Shown here piece by piece: positions 51,917 to 62,592 of a stretch of 64,000 nucleotides of DNA (positions are counted from its first letter, which is position 1; each line of letters begins with the position of its first letter). Position numbers and translations under genes: made by a program. The notes beneath the pieces were generated by a model. That model was not told the DNA's origin, ran no database searches, and worked only from the letters and a program-made list of their open reading frames with translations. The DNA is from an uncultured Planctomycetota bacterium (lineage in GTDB: Bacteria; Planctomycetota; Planctomycetia; Isosphaerales; Isosphaeraceae), in NCBI GenBank assembly GCA_963823665.1, contig CAWGMQ010000005.1, forward strand, positions 736,001-800,000. The letters are read 5' to 3'.

Positions 51917-52354
51917 TCATTGCCAGCCTGCCGCTTCCCGCATCAGTTCCTCGACGACGGCCTCATTCGCCTCGGGAAATCGAAGCGCACCAAGCTCTCG
52001 CACGGGCACCCAGCAGAAGCCGGTCTGGTCGGCTGGCTCCGCGAATGGCTCCGCGGGTGTGCAATCGTGAAAATGGAGTTCCACCAGCCCGTGCGGATAG
52101 CGATGCACGGTCTTGAACCGGCATCTCCCCACCACGACGAAGAGGCCGGTTTCCTCCAGGCATTCTCGCTCCACCGCCTCGACCGGCTGCTCACCGGGCT
52201 CGCACTTCCCGCCGGGAAACTCCCAGTACCCGGCGTAGATCGTCTGTTCCGGGCGCTTTCGCACCAGGAAACAGCCGTCTCGGCGGATCAAGCCGATCCC
52301 CACAACGGTCGGCCTCTCGTGATCCTCGGCACGGGAACGATCAAAGGGCGGCAT
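51917..52354 (-). CDS. MutT-like Nudix hydrolase
   Basis: WEFPGGKCEPGEQPVEAVERECLEETG Nudix box; FPEAN. Confidence 0.88.
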   Translation of the reverse strand: MPPFDRSRAEDHERPTVVGIGLIRRDGCFLVRKRPEQTIYAGYWEFPGGKCEPGEQPVEAVERECLEETGLFVVVGRCRFKTVHRYPHGLVELHFHDCTPAEPFAEPADQTGFCWVPVRELGALRFPEANEAVVEELMREAAGWQ

Positions 52355-52365
52355 GGCAAAGAGCC

Positions 52366-53193
52366 TCAGGTCTTGCCCGCGGTGCCTTTCATCGCCTGCC
52401 TGGCGGCCTCGATCGCACGGCCGGGCGAGCCCATGATGCTGTAGCCGCAGTCGACGTGCATGATCTCGCCGGTGATGCCGCTGGCCAGGTCGGAAAGCAG
52501 GAACATCCCGGCTGAGCCAACTTCCTCACGTGTGATATTGCGCTCGAGCGGAGCGACGGCGACATACAGACCAGCCAGATCCTCGAAATCCCCGACCGCC
52601 GAAGCCGCCAGGGTTTTCACCGGCCCGGCCGAGAGCCCATTGACGCGAATCTTCTTGGGCCCGAGATCATAAGCCAGGTACTTGACGGCCGCGTCGAGTG
52701 CGGCCTTGCACACCCCCATCAGGTTATACCCGGGAATGACCCTCTCACCGCCCAGATACGTCAGCGTGAGGATCGACCCTCCTTCCGCAAGGACGCGAGC
52801 CGCGTGCCTGGCCACGATCGCCAGCGAGTACACGCTGATGTCCATCGCGGTCTTGAAGCCCTGGCGGCTCGATTGGACGAAGGGAACTTTCAAGTCTTCG
52901 ATCGGCGCAAACGCGATCGAGTGCAGCACAAAATCGAGGCTGCCGTAAGTCTCTTTGGCCAGGTCGAATACCCGGGCGACGTCGTCGTCATTCTGCACGT
53001 CGCAGGGGGTGATCACCTTCGCGCCGATCGGGTCAGCCAGCTTGCGAACCCGGCGCTCCATCTTGTCGCCTGGCAGGTGAGTGAAGCCGATTTCAGCGCC
53101 CTCGGCCAGGAGCTTCTGCGTGATGGCCCAGGCGATGCTGAAATCGTTCGCAACGCCCAGCACCATTCCCTTTTTTCCCGAAAAGAGTCCCAT
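52366..53193 (-). CDS. fabI: Enoyl-ACP reductase
   Basis: [43 protein letters not shown]. Confidence 0.95.
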   Translation of the reverse strand: MGLFSGKKGMVLGVANDFSIAWAITQKLLAEGAEIGFTHLPGDKMERRVRKLADPIGAKVITPCDVQNDDDVARVFDLAKETYGSLDFVLHSIAFAPIEDLKVPFVQSSRQGFKTAMDISVYSLAIVARHAARVLAEGGSILTLTYLGGERVIPGYNLMGVCKAALDAAVKYLAYDLGPKKIRVNGLSAGPVKTLAASAVGDFEDLAGLYVAVAPLERNITREEVGSAGMFLLSDLASGITGEIMHVDCGYSIMGSPGRAIEAARQAMKGTAGKT

Positions 53194-53421
53194 TCCGCCA
53201 TCCCTTTCACTTCGTGCAATGCACGTCGCCCGCTTCAACTGCGCTGTAGTAGAATATCGCCACTCTCAAGCCCGCTCAACAACGACCTCCGCCTCCTTGG
53301 CGCCGATCCTGGACTTCGCTTTTCCGCTCGCCGGCACCGACGCACCAGTCTAGCGAATGATCGCGTTCGGGTCACCGCGGTTCCGGCAAGCCGAGCTTTG
53401 AATCCGTTCCTCAGCTCCACC

Positions 53422-54897
53422 ATGACTCATCCGCCGTCTCAAGACCCTCTGGCGGCGAACTTCGCAGACCTGCAGGCAAAAGGCTCGCCGGCCCGCGCAT
53501 TCGATGCTTGGACGTGCGCGGCGATCGCACTCGTCGCGGCCGGACTGCGTTTCTATCGCCTCGGACAACACAGCTTCTGGTATGACGAGGTCGTTACGAT
53601 GCGGCTTGCCCGCTCGGCAAGTGTCGGCGAGCTCATCAACCGTCTGTTCGAGATCGATGCGACGCGTGCGCCTTTGCATCCCGTCTTGCTCCAGATCTGG
53701 CTCCGGCTCATCGGCACGTCGGAGTTCGCTGCTCGGTCGTTCTCCGTCCTGTGCGGAGTCGCCACCGTGGTGCTGATCTATCAGATTGGCCGCGCCGCCT
53801 ACGACTCGCGGGCCGGACTCTGGGCCGCCTGGCTCGCGGCCTTGAGCCCACTACTCATCGTCTATTCTCGTGAAGCTCGCATGTACGCCTGGCTTGTGCT
53901 CGTGACCTGTCTCTGCTGGCAACTGCTGCTGGCCTTGCGCCACTCGTTCACCACGGCCAAAGCGGCGGCGTACGTCTGCTGCCTGGCCACCCTGGTCTAT
54001 TCGCACCCACTCGGTCTCTTGATGCTGGCCGCGATCGCTTTCGCCGGGCTGGTGGACGCGAGAACAAGCCTGCGTGGCCTCATGCGCTTCGTTGCTCTCC
54101 ACCTCTTAGTGCTGATGCTGATCCTTCCGTGGCTCGGCAACTACTTCGATCATCCCCCCGAGTTCATGAGCGAGCGCCTGCCCCTTCGGTTCCTGCTGGG
54201 AACGCCCATCGCCTTCATCGGCGGCAACGGGCTGCTCCTGCTCGGGCTCACGGTATTGATCGCGCTTGGGATCATCAGCCGGGCCAGAGACTCCAGGGCG
54301 TCGAACAGCCAGGCCGCGCACATCTCGGCGATCTTGCTCTGCTGGCTGATTCTCCCGCCAGCGGCACTCTATCTCTACTCCTGGCAGTTTCACCCGGTAT
54401 TCGGCCCTGCCCGGTACACTGTGTTCGTTGCACCGGCGTATCTTGTGCTCGTGGCGTCGGGATTGAGCCGGCTGCCCGCATGGGCCCGTTATGCCGTCGC
54501 GGCCGGGCTCGCAGTTGCATCGATTCTTGCCATTCCTCCTACCGTTTATGACCCGGAGCTCAAGGCGGACTGGCGTGGTTTCTCGCTCGCGCTTGCCGAG
54601 CAGCGCTCTCGCGATCCAGCCGGCAAGCTCCTTGTCATCGTCGCGTCGAATGTGCCGGAGCGGAACGTGGAAGTCGAGACCGCCCGCTATTATCTGCCGG
54701 CCGGTTGCGACGTCATCGGGTCTCGGGAAGCCGGGGCCGCAAGCGAGAGTACCCGTCTGGCCACCGCGAATGTCGTGTATTATGCAACGAGCTCGCGAAG
54801 TTCGATGAAGCAAAACGTGCCGGATCCGATCGGTCCGATCCGATTCCACGAGTGCCAGCATTATCCCGGCTTGAACGTGTACCAGGGCACTCGCTGA
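53422..54897 (+). CDS. GT-C membrane glycosyltransferase (family 39 / PMT_2-like)
   Basis: SFWYDE, YSREARMY, many TM helices, ADWR. Confidence 0.85.
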   Translation: MTHPPSQDPLAANFADLQAKGSPARAFDAWTCAAIALVAAGLRFYRLGQHSFWYDEVVTMRLARSASVGELINRLFEIDATRAPLHPVLLQIWLRLIGTSEFAARSFSVLCGVATVVLIYQIGRAAYDSRAGLWAAWLAALSPLLIVYSREARMYAWLVLVTCLCWQLLLALRHSFTTAKAAAYVCCLATLVYSHPLGLLMLAAIAFAGLVDARTSLRGLMRFVALHLLVLMLILPWLGNYFDHPPEFMSERLPLRFLLGTPIAFIGGNGLLLLGLTVLIALGIISRARDSRASNSQAAHISAILLCWLILPPAALYLYSWQFHPVFGPARYTVFVAPAYLVLVASGLSRLPAWARYAVAAGLAVASILAIPPTVYDPELKADWRGFSLALAEQRSRDPAGKLLVIVASNVPERNVEVETARYYLPAGCDVIGSREAGAASESTRLATANVVYYATSSRSSMKQNVPDPIGPIRFHECQHYPGLNVYQGTR

Positions 54898-54900
54898 ATG

Positions 54901-56120
54901 TCACCGCGGTGCGGCGGCGGCTTTGACGGGCTCGAGCACCGGAAGCGCCAGCGCTTGAAGATCGTCGTTGAATGCAGACCGAGCCATCCCCAGCGCTCTC
55001 TCGGTTGCCGCACCGATCCGCAGGCTGCGGGTTTTCAATTCGTCCGGTATCGCCCCGAGCCCCAGACTCTCCACCACCTTGAAAGCCCCCTGAATCTGGG
55101 GATCGGTTTCAAGGCCCTTGCCGGCCTCCGCTCCCAGATCCTCGGGCCGGACCGTGGCGGCTCGCGATCCGAACGGCATCCATCGCTCCCCGGCTCGCAC
55201 CCAGAGTGTTGATTCGACCGTCACGTTGCTCATGTCGGGCGCGATCTGAAGCTTGGTGACGACCGCACCGGCCCTGCCTCTAGCGGCGATGGCCTTGAGC
55301 TTTGCGAGCAGAGGATCGGCCTGCTCGCCTTGATCGGGATCAAGCAGCCGCTTGATCTCGGACATCGCCGTCGAGAGCCCCGCACCGCCCGCCAGCCCTC
55401 CCGTGCCAGTGTCTGGCAGGACCGTGTCCTGAAAACGCAGGAACCGCAGGTCCGGGTCGACCGCAAGCTCGCTGGCCGCGCGCCTGGCCAGCCAGAGCTG
55501 CTCGGGCTCGGGCGACGGCGGCAAGAGCTGTTCGAGGGCAACCGCCTCTGATCGCCCGTTTGCGTCCAGCGAGTAGCCGCGCGCCTCGAGGGCATCCCTC
55601 AGTTCGTCCTGGGGCATGGTTTCTGGGTCCGGCAGCTTGCACAACCAGGCGAGCTGCAGCATCCTCTCGATTCCGGCCGGGTGCCGGTCCAGTCCCCGTA
55701 CCTCGCTGCGTGGCAGTCGTACGCTCAAGAGCACCGACTTCGGCGGAGCCCCACCGGATGTTCGCGCCAGCTCGCCATCGATCCACTTCAAGATACGATC
55801 GCTCGCCTCCACATGCGATGCTCGATCAAGCCGCCATGCCTGCAGCCTTTTCCGCCGCTGCTCCACTGCCTGTCGCACATTCGCTGCCGTCGAACGGTCC
55901 CAGCTCTGCGCGCGGACTTGAGGGCCTTCTCGGCCCACTCGCGGCGCACCAGAAATTCCACCGCTCCGCGTGGCCCTGGCGTCGTCGCGTTCACGACACC
56001 CAGCACGACCGACCCATCGCGCAACGTGATCCGATCTGCGGCTGACGACGGCGGGGAATCGCCGCACGACCATTCCAGACCAACCATCAACAAACCCAGC
56101 GCGAGCACGTTATTGTTCAT
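54901..56120 (-). CDS. Secreted hypothetical protein (indel ~55915)
   Basis: Signal peptide and ADRITLRDGSVVLG start; joins ORF 54901-56073. Confidence 0.6.
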
Positions 56121-56324
56121 CGCTCGTATCCCTCGCCGTTGCCGACGGTTAGACTGGAAACTGGCCAGCCCCAGCTCCGCCGTAGCAGGCACACTCCGTG
56201 TGCCGTCCGCAGTAAACGACCGGTGGTTGCCACAGGTTTGGCCGGTATTGCATCGCCGATGGTACCACCGCCCCGAAATCGCGAAGAGTCATCAATATCA
56301 ATCATAGCGACTGACAGCTCTCTG

Positions 56325-56983
56325 ATGGAACCTACTCTGGTCGAGCCCCTCGGTGACTACGCGTTTCTGGCACATTTCGCCGGCGAGGCTCAGGCGCGTG
56401 CCTGGGCGGCCGCCGTTCGCGCGGTCCCGTGCCAGGGCATCCGCGACATCGTGCTCGCGTATCGATCGGTCGCCGTGTTCGCCAAGCCGGACGAGGCGGA
56501 TCTCCCTGCGCTGGAATCGCGGATCATGTCTCTCGACGTGCCCGCCGAGACCCTCTTCGCGGGACGCCGGCTGGTGATTCCCGTGTCTACGATGGAGCCG
56601 ACCTCGAGGTGGTCGCTGCCCGTCTCGGGCTCACCGGCGCCCAGGTCGTCGCGATTCACTCCTCGGTCGACTACGACGTCTTCGCGGTCGGATTCCGGCC
56701 TGGGTTTCCCTACTCAGGCTACCTCCCACCGGCTCTCTGCGGACTGCCTCGCCGCGATTCGCCGCGGCTTCGCGTGCCGGCCGGCTCCGTCGCCATCACC
56801 GGCCGCCAGACCGCGATCTACCCGGAATGTTCGCCCGGCGGATGGCACTTGCTCGGCACGACGCCACTTTGCATCGCCGACGTCGAAACCGGTTACTTCC
56901 CGATCCAGGCTGGTGACCGCATCCGGTTCCAACCGATCTCCGCCGCCGAATTCGAGGCCAGACGCCATGAGCGCCTCCAATGA
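56325..56983 (+). CDS. pxpB: 5-oxoprolinase subunit B (indel ~56585)
   Basis: EPLGD, IPV/YDGADL, GFRPGFPY, PAGSVAI.GRQTAIYP..SPGGW.LLG. Confidence 0.9.
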
Positions 56984-57714
56984 ACCACGACCGCAAGGCC
57001 CCCGCTCAATCGACATGAACGCCGACCTTGGTGAAGGCTTCTCGAACGACCGGGCATTGCTCGAGCTCGTCACGTCCGCGAGTATCTGCTGCGGCGCCCA
57101 TGCCGGCACTCCGCTCGCGATCCGGCAGACGCTTCGCGATGCGGCGGCCTGCGGTGTTTTGATCGGCGCACATCCCGGATATCCGGACCGGGACGGCTTC
57201 GGCCGCCGCGACCAGAAACTCAGTACAAACGAATTGATCACGCTCATCAGCGCCCAGATTGCGGATCTGATCACCCTCGCTGCCGAGCAAGACGCGACGG
57301 TCGCGTACTTGAAGCCGCACGGTGCCCTCTACAACCAGGCCCAGCGCGAGCCGCACGTCGCCCACGCCGTGGTCGAGGCCGTACGTGCACGTGGTTGGCC
57401 GCTCCTGGGCCAGCCTGGAAGCGTGCTCGAGACCATTGCTCGCGAACAGGGCGTCGTCTACATCGCGGAGGGTTTCCCCGACCGGCGTTACCGCGGCGAC
57501 GGCTCGCTCGTGCCCCGTAGCGAAGCAAACGGCGCTCCTGCATGAATCGCACGAGATCGAGGAGCAGGTCGTACGTTTGATCGAGGAAGGCCGAGTCGCG
57601 ACGCTTTGCGTTCACGGAGACGAGCCCGGCGCCGTCGCGACCGCTGCCCTCGTCCGTCATGTGTTGGCCGCTCACGGAATCACCGTGCGCTCATTCGGGA
57701 ACGGTTCGGGCTGA
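56967..57714 (+). CDS. pxpA: 5-oxoprolinase subunit A (LamB/YcsF; indel ~57530)
   Basis: IDMNADLGE, GAHPGYPDR.GFGRR, KPHGALYN, EGFPDRRY, TLCVHGD. Confidence 0.92.
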
Positions 57715-58652
57715 TGGGCTTGGTCGTCGTGAATCCGGGCGTGTGCACCACCGTTCAAGACCACGGGCGCCCGGGCTATGCCGCGTGGGGGGTCTCCGCC
57801 GGAGGCGCATTCGATCGCGTCTCGGCCGAGCTGGCCAATGCCCTGCTCGCGAATTCTCCCGATTGTGCCGTCCTGGAAATGACGCTCGTCGGCGGAACCT
57901 ACGAAGCAAAAGCCGAGCTGGCGTTGGCCCTGGCCGGTGCTCCGGTCCAGGCGAGAATTGTCCAGACAAACCAGGAGGCGCATCCGCTTCGCATTCCGGC
58001 GAGCTTCTCGCTTGCACATGGTGAACGGCTCGTCCTGGGTCATACGATCTCGGGCGCTCGAACGTACCTCGCCGTGAAGGCGGGCTGGTGCACACCTCCG
58101 ATTCTCGGCAGCCGCTCGTCCGAAGTGCCGACGCGAGCGGGCGAGCATCTGCCGGCCGCGGCCGCAAGCGTTCTTTCTCGTCACCTGGATGATGCGCCGT
58201 GGCAAGCTCCTGCCGATCGACCATTCCGGATCGTCGCAGGTCCAGACGCGCGCTCAAATCCCGACTTGAACAGCGCATTCTGGGCAAGCCGGCAATTTCG
58301 CGTCGGCCCAAGCCACGACCGAACCGGCCTGCGTCTCGAGGGCGAGCCGATCACCATCTTCTCCGATCCCGAGCGACTCTCAGCCCCTGTCTTGCCAGGT
58401 GCGCTCCAGGTCGCCGGCGGTCAACTGATTGTGCTGGGCATCGCATGCGGGACCATGGGCGGCTACCCACACGTCGCCCAGATCATCTCCGCCGATCGGG
58501 ACCGCCTCGGCCAGCTCAAATCGGGCGATATGATCCAGTTCGAGTGCGTGACCATCGAAACCGCTCGAAGCCTGTACCGAGCAGCGCGAGACGCCCACCG
58601 CTCGCTTATCCTCCGCGTGGCAACGATGGCAGAGGATGGTTCGAAACGTTGA
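57714..58652 (+). CDS. pxpC: 5-oxoprolinase subunit C
   Basis: TTVQDHGRPG, GAFD, GARTYLA, DRTGLRL, TMGGYP; TGATG coupling to pxpA. Confidence 0.9.
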   Translation: MGLVVVNPGVCTTVQDHGRPGYAAWGVSAGGAFDRVSAELANALLANSPDCAVLEMTLVGGTYEAKAELALALAGAPVQARIVQTNQEAHPLRIPASFSLAHGERLVLGHTISGARTYLAVKAGWCTPPILGSRSSEVPTRAGEHLPAAAASVLSRHLDDAPWQAPADRPFRIVAGPDARSNPDLNSAFWASRQFRVGPSHDRTGLRLEGEPITIFSDPERLSAPVLPGALQVAGGQLIVLGIACGTMGGYPHVAQIISADRDRLGQLKSGDMIQFECVTIETARSLYRAARDAHRSLILRVATMAEDGSKR

Positions 58653-58730
58653 TTGGTCACTCGACGAACATCCCGTGAATCGTTTCGAGCACTCGCCTCA
58701 CGCCCAATCGCCGCCGGCAGCGGGCGTGTA

Positions 58731-58852
58731 GAAAAACTTTTGCGAGACCCCATTTTCTGCGTCACGTGCGACACAGCCTTGCTACGCTTGGACTTACGTG
58801 TGACGCAGCCGAAATCAGGGCGCACGAATCCAACGCAACTCGATGGTGGCCC
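58731..58852 (-). repeat. Dispersed ~120-bp non-coding element, copy B (inverted relative to copy A)
   Basis: Reverse complement aligns nearly gap-free with 35222-35342. Confidence 0.85.
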
Positions 58853-59274
58853 TCCCGTTACGTGTGACGTATAAACGAGCGCTGTTTCCACCGCGCAAGC
58901 CTCGAAGAATCACTCAAAGATCACAAAACGCTTAATTGGTGATGAATCGTGCATGTTGCGACCGGAAGAACCGAGCGCAGGCGAGTGATCCATCGTCGTT
59001 CACGGCCAGCAACAGGATAGCCGCACGTTGCACAACGATGGATGACTACACCACTTTCTTTACCAGGCTCGAACACGGGCAACATCATAAGGCCTCCGGC
59101 GCGAGCCGCAGGACTTCCGAGGCCCTTGAGGCGTGTCACAAAATGTTGCTGGATGTCACAGATTCAAATTGCTTGCCGTGTTGAACCTCGTCCGATGGCT
59201 GGCCAGCACGCCGCGCACCCGTCCGGACGGCCTACACCGATAGCGCGTCTACGCACAGGAGTCTTGGCCGATGG

Positions 59275-60432
59275 TCAGCGTTGTTTTCTCCGGAAGCTTC
59301 GAGCGATCGCCTTGAATTCAGGCATGAAGTCGTCGCGAAGCTCCGCCCCGACGTGCCCCTGCATGAGGATATACGACTCGTCATCGAACAGCACCACCTG
59401 GTAGAGGACGAGAGGCGTTCCTGACAAGGCTTCGTCCGCCTCGGCAAGCGACTCGAAACCATCGAGGCCATCAACGGTAATCGCGTCGCTTGACTTGACT
59501 TTGACTTGTTTCGTGTGCACGGTCCCGATTACACGCTGCTCGGCAAACTTCCGCCGGTCTCCGACGATCACTTCACCAAGCGAGGAAGTCGCAATGAACA
59601 AGGGATCTCCCGGCGACTTGATCATGAAGACTCCGTCTTTGGTATAAGCGAGTGTCCTGTTGATTCCCGGAGAGAGCTTGAGCTTCGGCGTCGCGGCCAG
59701 GGTGAATGGTAGATACGCCCCGGGGTCAGGAGGAGGGGCTCGGTCCGGTCGAAGGCTGAGCACGGCGGATTTCAACTTTGCAGACAGCTCCCGCTCCTGC
59801 GCCTTCGGAAAGGCTGCCGTCACCATCGTCGTTTTCTCGCCGTCGCCGAAAACGAACGACCATTTGAGGAACAACTCCTCTCCCGCGGGTTGCTCGAAGT
59901 GGACGAGGATTCCCGCCAGACCGTTGACCTTCACATCATCTCGGCTTTGCAGCACCCAGCCTCTCGTCTTCATTTGCTCTTTCGTAAAGCCGGCGGTGAC
60001 CTGTGAATACGGCGCTGGAAGACTGATCGCCATGATCGACGACTGTGTTTCCGGCTCTCCAAAGCCGTCGAAGTTGTCAGCCTTTTCAAAGCCTTCGGGT
60101 TGCCGGATCTCGATCCCACAGGCCGGGAAACTGACATAATTGCCAAGGCCGCTCTTTTCTCCGCCGGCGTCGGAAGACCGCACGTCGGCCGGCCGGCGGG
60201 CGGCAGTGGCTATGGCGGGCGGTGCAGCGGCCGTGGAATCGGCTGGCGGCGGAGCGACCGCGGCTTTGGCTGGCGGTGATGCAACCGGTTGGTCAGGAGC
60301 CTTGCTCTCCCCGCCACAACCGCAGAGCGAGTTCGCGATCACGAACATGAGAATGACATGACGTTTCACCCGCGCGCTCCTTTGTCTCGATAGGCCGCAG
60401 AACGAATCGGCGGCACGTGCGGATCCAAGCAA
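59275..60432 (-). CDS. Hypothetical lipoprotein with two tandem PsbP/Mog1-like domains; start uncertain
   Basis: SLCGC lipobox, Pro/Ala linker, internal duplication (VKVNGLAGIL / ITVDGLDGFE). Confidence 0.6.
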   Translation of the reverse strand: MLGSARAADSFCGLSRQRSARVKRHVILMFVIANSLCGCGGESKAPDQPVASPPAKAAVAPPPADSTAAAPPAIATAARRPADVRSSDAGGEKSGLGNYVSFPACGIEIRQPEGFEKADNFDGFGEPETQSSIMAISLPAPYSQVTAGFTKEQMKTRGWVLQSRDDVKVNGLAGILVHFEQPAGEELFLKWSFVFGDGEKTTMVTAAFPKAQERELSAKLKSAVLSLRPDRAPPPDPGAYLPFTLAATPKLKLSPGINRTLAYTKDGVFMIKSPGDPLFIATSSLGEVIVGDRRKFAEQRVIGTVHTKQVKVKSSDAITVDGLDGFESLAEADEALSGTPLVLYQVVLFDDESYILMQGHVGAELRDDFMPEFKAIARSFRRKQR

Positions 60433-60534
60433 GCCTATCCCAGCAGAGATGGCGTGGCGTGTCTAGAAGCCTCCGACGCGACGACTTCCGCAAGCCGTCG
60501 CGGAGGCGGCCCGAGGCTCACCCTCGCTCGGGCT

Positions 60535-60652
60535 CACTGCGGGTCGAGCCCCGAGCTGGACAACACCCGCGACCCGGTCCGGCTCGACTGGCTGCCGGTG
60601 ACGAAGGTTGAACACTACAAGGTCAAGCCGAGTGCCGTACGCGGCGCCTGGA
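60535..60652 (+). pseudogene. Orphan gene-tail remnant resembling the C-terminus of DUF3883-containing SNF2 helicases
   Basis: HCGSSPELDNTRDPVRLDWLPVTKVEHYKVKPSAVRGAW; recalled similarity to C.S.PEL...DP.RL.W.PV.KVEHY tails; no upstream body. Confidence 0.45.
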
Positions 60653-60877
60653 CCGCCTCGACAGTGTTCTCACCTGAGAGCCGTGCTTCCCGTTATAATG
60701 AGGACCGAGGAAAACCACCCGACGGCGCTCATCACGGCCGAGGTTCCCCAGCAGACGGCGCTTCCATTCGCGAGCTCGGATGATCGGTTTCGGAAGTCGC
60801 CCGATGGTCCGCCCCAGCGGCGAGATCGGCGCCTTCGACATTGTCCAAGCGCCCCGTCTCAAGGTTAAGGTCCCTAA

Positions 60878-62188
60878 ATGCTCAAGCGCATCGAGATCAA
60901 AGGGTACAAATCGCTTGTTGATGTCAAGGTCGACCTCGAGCCTCTCGTCGTGCTCTTCGGTCCCAACGGTGCGGGTAAAAGCAATTTCCTGGATGCACTC
61001 CAGCTCTTGTCGCGTTTGGCGACCAGCTCAACCTTGGTGGCGGCGTTTGAACCGCCGTATCGCGGCAAAGCCTTGGAATCATTCTCCTTCAATCAGGAGG
61101 GTATCCCGGGCCTGCTAAAACGAGAATCAGCGCGATTCTCGATTCAAGCGGACATCCAGCTTTCACCGGCCATCGTCAAGGTGGTCCAACATCAGATCGG
61201 TGAGATGAAGCGTCCCGCCGAGGAAAAGACGGCCGAGAGCGCGGCACCCAACGGCCACTCGTATATCCGAGAGACATTTTTGCGTTACCGCGTCGAAATC
61301 GAAATCCTTCCCGGATCCGGCATTCTGCGAGTGACTGACGAATATGTTGCCGCGCTCACTGATGCAGGGTTTCCAAATGCCAAGAGGCGGCCTTTCCTGG
61401 AGCGAATGAAAAACCGTCTCCACCTTCGAATGGAAGGCCAGGCGCACCCAATCTACTACGACCGCTATCTCGACCACACTGTCCTCTCGCGCCCTCTTTA
61501 CACGCCCCATTATCCCCACCTGGTTGCGTTGCGCCACGAACTGGCGAGCTGGCTTTCATTCTACTTCGAGCCGCGCGAGCGGATGCGCACACCGAATCCC
61601 GTCAAGGAGGTGCGCCACATTGGCGCGATGGGCGAGGAGCTCGCCGCGTTTCTGAACACCCTCCGCGCCCGCGACGAGCCCCGGTTCCGGGCCGTCGAGC
61701 ACGCCCTGCACATGCTCATCCCGTCAATCACCGGCATCCAGGTCGACGTGAACACCCTCGGCGAAGTCGAGCTCCGGCTGCGCGAAGACAAAACGCTGAT
61801 CCCCGCGCGAGTCGTCTCGGAAGGAACCTTGCGCATGCTCGGACTGCTCGCGCTCGCTGGGGCAAAGGAACCGCCGGCACTGGTCGGATTTGAAGAGCCT
61901 GAAAACGGCATTCACCCACGGCGTCTTCAGCTCATCGCCGAGCTGCTGCACACGAGGGCGGCGGTCGAGGACACGCAGATGATCGTCACCACGCTTTCGC
62001 CGCTGCTCGTTGACCTTATCCCCAACGAGTTCTTGTACGTCTGCCGCAGGAGCGACGGACAAACAACGATCGCTCCGTTCACATCTGTGCCGCTCTGGCG
62101 TGACGGGGAGATCTCGCGCGGCCTCAATGACGACGACGAGCCGATGACCGTCTCCGAAGGAATCCTCCGCGGGGATCTCGATGCATAG
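60878..62188 (+). CDS. ABC/SMC-like ATPase (AAA_21/AAA_15, defence-associated type)
   Basis: IEIKGYKS, Walker A GPNGAGKS, signature SEGTLR, Walker B FEEPENGIHP; the H-loop reads TTLSP rather than TTHSP. Confidence 0.88.
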   Translation: MLKRIEIKGYKSLVDVKVDLEPLVVLFGPNGAGKSNFLDALQLLSRLATSSTLVAAFEPPYRGKALESFSFNQEGIPGLLKRESARFSIQADIQLSPAIVKVVQHQIGEMKRPAEEKTAESAAPNGHSYIRETFLRYRVEIEILPGSGILRVTDEYVAALTDAGFPNAKRRPFLERMKNRLHLRMEGQAHPIYYDRYLDHTVLSRPLYTPHYPHLVALRHELASWLSFYFEPRERMRTPNPVKEVRHIGAMGEELAAFLNTLRARDEPRFRAVEHALHMLIPSITGIQVDVNTLGEVELRLREDKTLIPARVVSEGTLRMLGLLALAGAKEPPALVGFEEPENGIHPRRLQLIAELLHTRAAVEDTQMIVTTLSPLLVDLIPNEFLYVCRRSDGQTTIAPFTSVPLWRDGEISRGLNDDDEPMTVSEGILRGDLDA

Positions 62189-62576
62189 AATTGCGCTCTT
62201 CGCCGAGGATGTCGCGCATGACGCATTCCTCACGGCCGTCGTCCGGCGTTACGCCGCCGAGCGCAAGATCGAGGCCGAGGTTCGACTCTATAGCGTGCGT
62301 GGTGGCTGCACGAGAGCGGTGAAAGAGCTGAAGCAGTTCGTTCGGGACCTCGAGCATGGTAGAATTGCGCTCCCTGACCTGCTGGCCGTCGGTCGTGATG
62401 CGAATCGTCCGCTTCCCGAAGCCGTGCGTGACGCCGGTGCAACGCCTCTTTCCGGCGGCATTGAGCACGCCGAAGCGCTGGTAAGCGCCATGTATAAGGT
62501 GAAGCCGAGCGCGGTATTGCGAGCGCGACGAAATGATCGGACGTTGACGTCAGGGAACTTAAGCGCGCCAAAGTAG
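62181..62576 (+). pseudogene. DUF4276/TOPRIM-like partner protein, apparently internally deleted and with a foreign tail
   Basis: IALFAED...RGG...DLLAVGRDAN, then directly GATPLSGGIEHAE; start overlaps the ATPase stop; ends in the duplicated YKVKPSAV tail. Confidence 0.55.
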
Positions 62577-62592
62577 TGACACGGGTGTCTCG

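Noticed and set aside
58921..59184. Small ORFs, one with a CATC motif
   Set aside because: Too short, conflicting strands and no recognisable family
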